A stretch of DNA of 64,000 nucleotides from Emiliania huxleyi CCMP1516 (lineage: Eukaryota). Below, in pieces: positions 1 to 9,389 of this stretch; the first letter of the stretch is position 1; every line of letters begins with the position of its first letter. Location of the stretch: positions 216,290 to 280,289 of the forward strand of contig NW_005201613.1 of NCBI RefSeq assembly GCF_000372725.1, given 5' to 3'. The notes under the pieces are model-generated. The model was not told the origin of the DNA. It searched no databases and saw only the letters and a program-made list of their open reading frames with translations. Both the position numbers and the translations under genes were made by a program.

Positions 1-556
1 GCGCGGCGAGTGCGGCGAAGTCGAGCTGCCCCGACGTTTCGTGGAACATGCCGCCGCGGAGCCGGAGCACCAGCTGGAGCGTCGACTCCTTCTGGACGTT
101 GTAGTCGACGAGCGTGCCGTCGTCCTCCAGCTGCATGCCGGCGAATGAGATGCGCTGCTGATCCGGCGGGATGCCCTCCTTGCCCTGGATCTGCTCCTTG
201 ACCTCCGCGATGGTGTGGTTCGGGTGCAGCGCCAGCACGAGAATCTTGCCGGTCAGCGTCCTGCAGAAGATCTGCATGCGATGCGGGTCGTGCCGTGGGT
301 CGTTGGCCGCCGCGTCCGCCAACAACAGCACTCGCGGGAGCACCAGGTGCAGCGTCGACTCCCTCTGGATGTTGTAGTCGGAGAGGGTGCGGCCGTCCTC
401 CAGCCGCCTGCCGGCGAAGATGAGGCGCTGCTGGTCGGGCGGGATGCCCTCCTTGTCCTGGAGCGTCGCCTTGACGGCCTCAATCGAGTCGGAGGGCTCC
501 ACCTCCAGCGTGACCGTCTTGCCCGGCAGGAACTTGACGAAGAGCTGGATGCGCAT
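1..556 (-). CDS. Protein with two tandem divergent ubiquitin-like domains; runs off the left edge; frame also open upstream to ~816
   Basis: Minus-strand translation [74 protein letters not shown], then [11 protein letters not shown]...[19 protein letters not shown]...[20 protein letters not shown] (second domain 277-50). Absent from the ORF track because there is no stop in the window. Confidence 0.9.
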   Translation of the reverse strand, partial: MRIQLFVKFLPGKTVTLEVEPSDSIEAVKATLQDKEGIPPDQQRLIFAGRRLEDGRTLSDYNIQRESTLHLVLPRVLLLADAAANDPRHDPHRMQIFCRTLTGKILVLALHPNHTIAEVKEQIQGKEGIPPDQQRISFAGMQLEDDGTLVDYNVQKESTLQLVLRLRGGMFHETSGQLDFAALAA

Positions 557-941
557 GCCGCCAGGTCCGCGCTCAGAACCGGGGCGGCCAGACGCCTTCG
601 GCAGCTGCTGCGGTGGTGCGAGCCGCGCTGCCTGATCCGGGACACGCCACGCCTGCTCCGGGACACGCAGGTCGAGCAGCTCGATGCATCGGCCGACCCG
701 GTTCAGCAGCTCGTCCAGCTCGCTCAGCCGCCTCACGCTGCTGCCCGCGTCGTCGACGCGCACGCTCGTGGAGCGGCCGAAGTACTTCACGAGCAGCGCC
801 TGCTTCTCGACTGGCACGCCGTAACAGGATATCTTCTGGTTTAAGAAATATTCAGGTGTTTTAGAAATTCGTTGCTCGGCGGCAAAACTGTGCCAAAAAC
901 CGGCGGCCGGTGTGCTAGTCGCAGCGCGGCGGCTACCGGCC

Positions 942-1421
942 ATGGCGTCGGACGCGCAATACGAAGCCCTTTTCGCGCTCGACTTCGAGGAGGAGGCTCA
1001 AGGTGTGGAGGAGACGCCCTCTGAGACGTCCTCTCAGGAGGTGACGATGAAGGAGCTGTGGCGAGCGGCGGATGCGGACTCGCCGAGCCCCGAGGCAGAG
1101 GCTGCTGCTGGCGACGAGGCGCGCGAGTCCGCTCCCGCTGCACCGGGCGTCGAGCCTGCCGCCAAGCCGCTACCGGCCTGCGCGTCGGATACGTCGGCAC
1201 CGGCCACGCCCCCAGCTGCGCCTGCGGCCACGCGGAGCCTCGAGCCAACCGCCGCAGAGGCTGCTGCTGGCGGCGAGGCGAACGATAAGGGCAGTGGCGA
1301 GGCGAGCGAGGCGAGCGAGGCGAGCGGCGAGATGACTGCAGCCAATTTCGAGAAGGCATACGCGTCGATGCCTGAGCCGTTTTGCAACCAGCTCGCGACC
1401 TCGGCCTTCCAGCCACGGTGA
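942..1421 (+). CDS. Hypothetical acidic Ala/Glu-rich protein (possibly a first exon)
   Basis: ATG at 942 ([18 protein letters not shown]...), protein-like composition, divergent from the ubiquitin-like gene; no recognisable domain. Confidence 0.4.
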   Translation: MASDAQYEALFALDFEEEAQGVEETPSETSSQEVTMKELWRAADADSPSPEAEAAAGDEARESAPAAPGVEPAAKPLPACASDTSAPATPPAAPAATRSLEPTAAEAAAGGEANDKGSGEASEASEASGEMTAANFEKAYASMPEPFCNQLATSAFQPR

Positions 1422-3118
1422 AGTGTTGGCAAAACAAGACACAGAGCTCACACAGAATCACAGCGGGAGGAAAGCGGCGAGTCGCAATTCCTGGGGTCCT
1501 TGTGGCGGGCCACCCTGTCCAGAGAGGCATGGATGCCAATCTGGGGTCTTTCGACCGAGTCTATGAGCCCTGGCCGCTCCCTTGATCGCAGTTTCTTCGG
1601 AAAAACTGTTATCTCGACATTCACTAAGCTGTCAGTGGAGAGACCACTTCACAGCTGTATGCCTTGCTCCTTTAGGTGCTCTGTGCATCTCTGACTCTTC
1701 CGCATGAGACCGCCTGAGTAACATCAAAGAGATATATTCCCGTTTCGTGCACAAAGAGCACAAAGGTGGCACCCTCGGCCAGCTGAAGCTCTCGACTCGT
1801 CCACCTTGCTCTGGACTATGCCGACCTCAAACCACCAGCGCCAGCAACGACGTGCCGCGGCTCGCCACGCATCTGTTGCGACCGACGACGTGCCCGACGC
1901 CGTCCCGCGGCCGCCAGGAAGAGGCCCGCGCAACCACTTCTGGGACCCGCGGCCGCCGGGCGTGTGGCGGCACAACGAGTCGAACGAACCGAACCAGCGC
2001 AGAGCGGCGCGTCTCACGAGCGCCCGCGGCCGCCACGCCGCCGCCGTCCGCGGCCGACGGTGGTCGCGAATCAACGCGGCGCGGTGCACCGCTGCGCCTG
2101 TCCTTCCGCGCCGCTGGACGTCGGCCGAGAAGACCGCTTCCCTCTGGGGACCCGACTCCGCGAAGATCGCGCGCGCGTCGTGAGTGGCGGCGCGCGCGCG
2201 ATCTCTGTTCCCGGGCACGCCGGTCGCAGTGGCATGGGATCCCAGGCTCAAAAGCGCTCAACAGCGAGCTGCTCCTCCTCCTGCCGCCGCTCCGCTCACC
2301 GAGACAACTCGGTGCCGCCGTTCTCGCCGCCGCCGCCGCCGCCGCCGCCTCGCGCCTTGCCTCCGTCACCGCCGCCCTCCATCTCGCAGCGGCGCGTCCC
2401 TCTGATGGCGCGGGCTCCTCGCTCGTTGGCGCCTCGCCGCCGCCCCCCCTCTCGCCGCCGCTCCGCTCGTGGCCGCCCCATCCCCTGTCAATCCCGCCGC
2501 CTCCCCTGTCGATCCCCCCCACCGCCGCCACCGCCTCGCGCGTTTAGCGGGCCTTTAAGCTTAGGAATCCTAACTAGAGGTAGGGTGCCCACAGGACCCA
2601 AAAGAAAATAGCTTTCCGCCTCAAAAAGGGACGCACGAGGCAAATCTGATGTTGGAGTGTTCCAATAGGAGCGAGGCCTCTTCCGTTGGGGGACAGCCTA
2701 TAAAGAAAAGAAACGCAATGTCGAAGGTGCCACCTTATCAACCACAAAAATAGGCCCGCGCGTGCTGCGCGGGCCCGGCGAGCGACTAGCGAGCCAACCT
2801 GCTAGTCTGATATAAGAGGGCTCCCGCGCCGGCGATCAACACCGCAACTCCTTTTCTAAATTTCACCACTCTTCTTACGCGCGACGACGCTACAGCCTCC
2901 ACCAAACCTCACACTTTTACTCACCCTCGGACATGCTTGCACCGTCATCCTGCGCGTCTGATGCGTCGCGCATCTGCTCGTCAGGTAAGGTAAGGTAAGG
3001 TAAACTTCTCCACACACACGAGGTGGTGGGGCAAGGGGGGGCAACCCTCGCGTCTCCACGTCTGACGACAGGAGCCCCACGGCATTCAAAGTGCAAGGCC
3101 CGGTGCGCGTGGGTGAGC

Positions 3119-3120
<2 letters not shown>

Positions 3121-3196
<76 letters not shown>
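3121..3196. repeat. (TG)n microsatellite
   Basis: Pure TG run. Confidence 0.97.
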
Positions 3197-3198
<2 letters not shown>

Positions 3199-5224
3199 AC
3201 GTCACTGCATCCTCCGCCGGTTCCTCCCGTCGCCTCTTCTTTGTTCGAATGTTTTTCAATCCATCCTTCACGAAGCCCTCCCATGTAGCTAGCGTTCTTG
3301 GCGAATGTCTCGAAATGGCCAGCAGGCGCTGTCTGCTCGCGGTCTGTGCGGGCCGCTCGTCCTCCTCGCCCTTCTTTCGTCCTCCCGTCCCTCCCCTCCA
3401 CCATGGCCTTCTCGGCACTTCTTTCTCCATCCGCCTCGCCCTGCCTTTTCGCATCGTGCCGTTCGCCCTCCATTCGGTGACCTCCATGGCTGTCCGCCCC
3501 TTTTTGGGTGGCGCTCTCGATACGGTTGCGTCAACCTCGACGTCGCTGTCGCCCTCCCCGTCCCCGCCGGCGTCCGTGCCTCGGTTCGCGTCATCGGTAG
3601 CGTCTCCGTTGTTCCCTCGTGCCCCGCCGTCGCCCTCTCTGCTCGGGCCGTTAGCGATTTCGCTCCTCCTGCGTGTCGCCCCTCCGTCCCCTCCCCTTTC
3701 TTCGTCGTCATCGTCGCTGTCGCGAAAGCCCTCCGGTCCCTCGATTCCCTCGCCTATCCCCTCCGCTGCGTCGTCCCAGTTTATATCCTCATCCTCTGCG
3801 CACGTCGCGTTGGCTTCCTCTCTCCCCCTTTCCTCCCTGCCCCTCTCGCTGTCTGGTGTTAATGGACCCCCTTCCTCTCCCCCGCCACCGTCACCGTCTC
3901 CATCCCCGTCGCTACCGCCCTCCATGCCCGCCGCCCTTTGTTTCACACTCGTCTCTGCCATGTCCGCCGTCGCCGCCGTCCTGTCTGCTGCGCTCCGTGC
4001 TCCGTGGTACAGTCGCTTATTGTTGTTCAGGATTAGCTCACGCACCAGGACAGCCTCCTGCTCGTTATTTTGGCTTGCCGATATGCATCCAAAGTTCCAC
4101 GCTAGCTCCTCCTTCGTCACGTCTATCTTTTTGCAGTATCTCGCGAATGCCGTCCGCGCTTGCTGGGGTGTTATTGCGTTCGGATCCGCCCTGGTCCCCG
4201 CCCTGTATCCCATCTCCTTGCGGTGGCTCCTGTATGAGTCCCCATATGACCATGTGATTTCTTGGCCTTCCTTGACTCCCCTCTCTGCAAACAGGACCAT
4301 CACCTGCGCAGCTGCCTTGCCTAATTGTATCTCCTCGTAGCGTACGAAGTGCGTCGCCCTCGTGCCTCGTTTCGGCTCATTCGATGCTGCAGGCCAGTCG
4401 AAGTTACACCGCGCCGCGACGCTGTCAAAGTCGTCCCCGCTCTCGTCGTCACTTCCATCCAGCTGCGTCCCCCCTGCTGCCGTGTGTCGTGATAGTTCGT
4501 CTGGTACTGTCTCTGGTGGCTGCGCCGTTCCTGTCCGGAAGATCTCCCCAGTGTAGATGCTACACACCTCAAATTTCTCTAGCCTCCTCGTCGCCAGTAG
4601 GCCGAGTTCCCCTTCCGCTATGCTAGAGGGGCCTACCTTCGCCCCTTCCACCGTGCCGCCCGTCGTTAGCATGGCCGTCGTTACTTTCGCCGCCGCCTCT
4701 GCTGCTTGTCGGCGGAGCGCCTCGCGCCTTCCCTCGTCTCCATGCTCCTGGTCTTGTTCTTTTTGTTTTCCTGCGCTTCCTGTCGCTGGTCCGGCGACGT
4801 ATCTTGCCGTCTGCCTTCGCTTCCTGGCGGGCCGCGTTTCCTTCCCCTCGTCCCGTCTGTTTTCTCCTGCGTGGTCGCCCTCGCGTGCGCCGCTCGCCGT
4901 CTGTTCTCCTCTCTGCTCGCCGTCCTCGTCCCCTCGCTGTCGTCGCTTCCCTCCGGCGCTCGCCGCATCGTCGTTCCTATCACCGCGTTTCCTGCGCTGG
5001 CCTTCGCCTTCGAGCTCGCAGTGGGTCGTTTTGAGTGTCATCCCCATCGCTCTCGTCGTTCTGCTCGTCACCCTCTCCGTCACTCGCGTCGGCGGGCGAC
5101 CGGGCTGTGGGTGCGGCCTGCTTCTTTCTTGCGCTCGCAGCGCCGGCGCCACGGCGCCGTTTGCGTCCGTCCTTTGCGCTTCGCTTGGCAAGCTCGCCCG
5201 CAAAGTACGCCGCGCGCGCGGCAT
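3197..5224 (-). CDS. SET-domain protein (domain ~4645-4230) with low-complexity charged flanks; true start possibly ATG at 5047
   Basis: VGPSSIAEGELGLLATRRLEKFEVCSIYTGE ... AARCNFDW ... VMVLFAERGVKEGQEITWSYGDSY matches SET motifs (G.GL.A..., ARxxNH, E[IL]txxY). Confidence 0.75.
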
Positions 5225-5748
5225 CCCAGACGCCCTCCCCGTCGGCGTAGCCCGCCTCCCAGATGGCGAGCACGGGGTTGTGCTTGAGCTTGCGCAAGTG
5301 GGCGCTCTCTTTCTTCGGGTCGAAGCCCACCACGTAGACTAGCTGCGGCTGCCCGGCGCACGGTCTTGGCGACCGCCGGCGCTGCGCGCCGGTCGTGCTG
5401 CTCACGCTGCCGGCGGCGCTGGTCGCGCGCCTGCCGATCGCGCGTGTTCGCGGCGGCTGCATCTCCTGCTCGTTTCGCTCGCACCCGAGCGGCTGTCGCC
5501 AGGCGCTTCAGGTCGGCGGTGCTGCGCGCGCGGCCGTCGGCCAGGCACAGCCACATGTCCTCCTCCTCGGCAGGCTCGCACGGCTTGCCGTCGAACTGCG
5601 GCTGGCGCCCGCGACGATGCTTCGCCCAGGCCGGGCACGATGGTGCCGCGACGAGCGGCGTCGAGGCGACGGCCATCGATGGGTCCAGAAGACTTGGAGA
5701 CACTTCTCGACCAAAAAATCAAAAAAATCGAGCACAATTGCGTTACAT

Positions 5749-7110
5749 GGCCCGTTCTTGTCAAAGAAAGATTCCAAATTTATCAGCTAAATCGCGGCTG
5801 CGAGAGACGAGAGGAACGTTTGTGAAGCCCTCCGATGCGAAATAAACCAACGTCGAAGCCGGCGGGCAGAAAACGCGGGCCGGGGTTTTTGCTCTCATCT
5901 GTTGAAACGAGTCGAGTAGCAGGTCGGCGCGGAGCGGCGAGGCCCCGTCGCCTCGGATGAAGCCGTCGAGGCGCAAGTCCTCCAGCGCGCGAGTCGGGAA
6001 ATCGAGGTCGACTGGGAGCGCCGGGTTGGTGCCCACCGGGCCGACCGGCGGCGCCCCGTGCGGCGGCCATGGGGCGCCTGATGGCGGCCGCGAGATGTCG
6101 ATCCGGACGGTGACCACCTCAAACGGCTTCGGGCCAAACCCGTGCGTGAGGGGCGCGCGGTGCTCCCAGCGCGAGTAGTGCAGGAGCAGGCGCTCGAATG
6201 GCAAGCACTGAGACACGTCGACCTCGAAGGAGAAGGCGCAGATAATGTCGAGCACGTCCTGCGGCAGCTCGATGAAGGGGTTGCGGCCGGCGGGGTAGTC
6301 CTCGTCCCCGGGCCCCATGATCATCACCAGGCGCGGGGACTCGAGAAAGGGGCCCACGTCGGCAGGGCACCGGGCAAACTCGCGCCAACGCGGGTGCGGG
6401 TCCGTGCTGTTGAACATCTTGTCCGCGGGGATGGCAGAGATGTCCCAGGTAGTCTTGCACAGGCCCTGCAGCGTCCTGCGAGAGCAAAGGAGGGTCGGTT
6501 TCCGCGGTAGCGGCGGGCCGCTGCACAGGCGTGGGGCGCACACCGCCGCCGGTAGACGACCTCGCTGCGCTGGGCTTTGAGGTTGTAGTCCTCGAGCGCG
6601 CTGAGCGACGCCACGATGATCTGCCGGCCGCTACGAGCGTCGGTGTCCTGCTGCTTCAGCAGCTTGCACGTGGACACGGGCGCCGGGCCGCCGTACCACG
6701 GTTCGAGCGCGCCGAGACTGTAGTTGTCGGTGCACCAGGCGACCTTCTCGCCGGGAAAGAGCTGCTCCTCCTTCTCTACAGTGACGACGGGGAGGCGGCC
6801 GGCGCGGTTGCACTCGCGCGTGTACTTGACCAAGCTCTTGCACTGGCGGAGCGTCGGGGCGGCGTGTTTCGCCCACTGAGCGTTGCCAACATCTTCGCCT
6901 TCCCACACGAACCGCTTTGACCCCTCGAAGTCCTGCGGGCTGTCGTACGGCAGCGTCATGCTCGCGGCCGCAGCGCGTAAATTTTGTGTCACGCTCAAAA
7001 TTTTCACGCGCAGCAACTTCTTGACAAGACCCACACGTATATAGTGTGGAAGATGTTGGAGCGCTGCTTAGTCAAATGCTTCTGCGTTGTTTTTTTGACA
7101 AGAACGGGCC
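5749..7110. mobile_element. 1362-bp TIR DNA element nested in the Helitron2-like copy, non-autonomous, carrying a gene
   Basis: Perfect 17-bp TIR GGCCCGTTCTTGTCAAA (5749-5765) / TTTGACAAGAACGGGCC (7094-7110), flanked by AT (or CATG) on both sides. The segment is absent from the homologous site at ~58290-58305. Confidence 0.85.
5761..6959 (-). CDS. Two-exon hypothetical protein with an internal F-box-like motif, inside the TIR element
   Basis: ORF 6324-7034 joins ORF 5761-6543 in frame through a GT-AG intron at 6543-6476 (...EVVYRR-R-TLQGLCK...). NPFIELPQDVLDIICAF resembles an F-box start. Confidence 0.55.
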
Positions 7111-7211
7111 ATGGCCGGGGTTTCTGCACCGAACGATCTTACTTTCGGTCTATCGAAAGTGTTGATCGATAAAGATCTGGGCCTTCCGCTCCTAGACGGT
7201 GGGTTCCCCCC

Positions 7212-8996
7212 ATGCTCGCGCTGCTCCTGCCGGCCTATTCCGCCCAGATCTTCGCCAGCGCGGCCAAGGACCCCGGCCTCAAGGACGTCTTCGCTTTTAA
7301 GGGCGAGGGCTTTGGCCCAAAGCGACTGCGGCTCGGCAATACGTCGATCAAGAACGCCAAATACAAGAAGAACGACGGCGAAGTCCCGACCTGGATCGCC
7401 GGCGTGCCATTGTCACGGACCGCTGCTCCGCCGCATCGAGGATCGGACAGCGCAGCTCTCACTCTCTATAGGCAAGCCTCCGATCGAGACGCTGATGCAA
7501 GTCTCGGCCGACTGGGCTCTGGCGGACCAGACCCGAACCTTCTGCCTCCTCGTGCTGGACATGGAGAATGACTACCTCCCGTGCGCAGCCCGCACTGACG
7601 CCCGCGCCTTCGCTCGTCTCACTCGCTCTACCCTCTGCGGAGCCTCGCACACAGCCGCGCAGCGCCGCTGCCAGCGCACACAGCCGCAACGCACACAGCC
7701 GCGCAGCGCCGCTGCCAGCTCCCGCGCCCTCCGCCTGCCCCGCAGGTATACATGACTTTTATGATGCCGAACGCCGAGGCGGTGCTCGCCGCCTTCCGCA
7801 AGGCGCAGCAGCCGGTCGTGTGGACCAACTGGTACCGGCAGGAGGACGACGGCGCGTACGGTGCGTGTGCTCGGCACACCGCCTCCGTGGGTCCGAGGGC
7901 GCGTCCACGACGCGTCCCTGACGCGTCCACGACGCGCCCGCAGGAGCCATCGACCGCTTCTGGGGCCCTCGCGGCCTGTACCCGCCGGGAGGCACCGTCA
8001 AAGGGCACGCCGAGAACCCGTTTGGATCGACACGAGGTACAGCAAGAACGCGACCGACACGGCGGGCTGCGCGGCGGTGGCTGGTCCGCACACGGCACGA
8101 GAGCAGCGCGGCCGGAGCCGAGGGCTGGCGTGTTAGGTGCCAGCGATGGGACCGATCACGGAGGACGAGAAGTCGCTCGTCAGCAAGTCGATGTGAGATG
8201 AGCCGAGATCAGCCGAGATGAGCCGAGACCGGTCCATTTGGCGCAGACCCGACCGCTGGCATGTTGCGACTCACGCAGCGGACGCCACTCTCCACGAAGG
8301 TGTCTGCGAAAGGAGGTCGGCCGTCCCTCCTTCCCTCCGACCATGCCGCCCTCCCCGCCGCAGGCACCTCTCCAAGATGGCCGACAAGGACGAGCACGGA
8401 GACGACATCCTCTACCCGATGCTGCAGGCGTGGGGCGTCGACACCATCGTTATCGTCGGCGCGTGGACCGAAGACTGCGTCATCGCGACCTGCTACGAGG
8501 CGGCAGACCGCTATGGTCTCGACGTCGTCCTCGTCACCGACGCCATCGCAACGGGCTCGCCGGTGCACCAAAAGGCGATGGACACGATGCAGGCGGGGAG
8601 GCCGCCGAGATGGAGCCGTCGCCCATTTTTTGCAGCCGATGGCAGCGCCGAGTTGCGGCAGCCGTGCCCCTCCTCACCAGTGCCTCCCTCCCTGCCCAGG
8701 CCGCCTGCGGCAAGACGCTGATGGCGGAGGAGCTGGTGCAATACTTCGCGAGCCACCGGCACAAGCTCGGCCCCGCGCAAGCCGAGCTCAACTATGGCGC
8801 CGTTCAGCTGCGCCGCCGCGCCGCCCTGCTGAGCGCCGCGCAGGCCGAGGCGCGCGGTGGCGAGGGCATCTCGGTGGCGGTCGCCGCGGTGATCGCGCTG
8901 ACGGCGGCCGCGGTCGGCGCAGCGATCGCCGTCCGCGTCTTCGTTCGTCACCCGCTCTCCCACAGCTACGAGAACAGCCCCGTGCCACTCACCTAA
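7212..8996 (+). CDS. Isochorismatase-family cysteine hydrolase, multi-exon, with a C-terminal hydrophobic anchor
   Basis: Exonic motifs CLLVLDMENDY, AVLAAFRKAQQPVVWT, LQAWGVDTIVIVGAWTEDCVIATCYEAADRYGLDVVLVTDAIAT; C-terminal VAVAAVIALTAAAVGAAIAV. Confidence 0.8.
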
Positions 8997-9389
8997 CTAA
9001 AGGTTAACGCAAGTGCTCGCACTGGCGGGAATTTTGATGGGAGCGCTCGTAGGACATGCGCATGTCCTTTAAAATCCCATCTCGTGATCTAGTCTCAGAG
9101 TTTTACCGTTTTCATTCTTTTACCCGCTAACGGCATGGTGCATGGTGCGCAGACATCTCTCATGTATATCGTCTCTCCGCATCTGACAAATTGATACAGG
9201 AAAAGATAAAAGAACGGGCGGCGCACCGCCGGCGTGTAGGCAGCGGCGGCCTAGAGCGAGAGGCGGCGCAGTCGCGCCAGTCGGCCGCCGCGCAGGAGCA
9301 CGGGCGCTTCGCCTCACCCGCCTTTGCTCCCGTCCCCTCGCTGCCGCCCCTCGCCACCGCTGCCCCTCCCCTCCCCGGCCGCTCCTCCA

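Larger units (their letters stand above)
2816..7168 (-). mobile_element. Non-autonomous Helitron2/Helentron-like element, copy 1, with SET-domain cargo and a nested TIR element
   Basis: Both ends match the element at 58238-59187. 5' end: CGATCAACACTTTCGATAGACCGAAAGT plus ~450 bp shared once the nested insert is removed. 3' end: GGAGTTGCGGTGTTGATCGCC(GG)CGCGGGAGCCCTC. TTAT flanks both sides (2812-2815, 7169-7172 on minus). A 10-bp asymmetric inverted repeat CGATCAACAC/GTGTTGATCG links the two ends. Confidence 0.75.

Noticed and set aside
1724..2611. Overlapping Arg/Pro/Ala-rich ORFs; likewise 43479-44695
   Set aside because: GCC-type low-complexity sequence with no supportable domain; cannot choose a frame.
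3023..4340. CVCV/HTHT-repeat ORFs (also near 15653, 34178 and 45551-45989)
   Set aside because: Translations of dinucleotide microsatellites.
2816..7168. Fanzor/TnpB or IS200/IS605-like cargo suggested by the TTAT boundary and hairpins
   Set aside because: No RuvC-like or Y1 HUH transposase motifs seen in either copy within this window.
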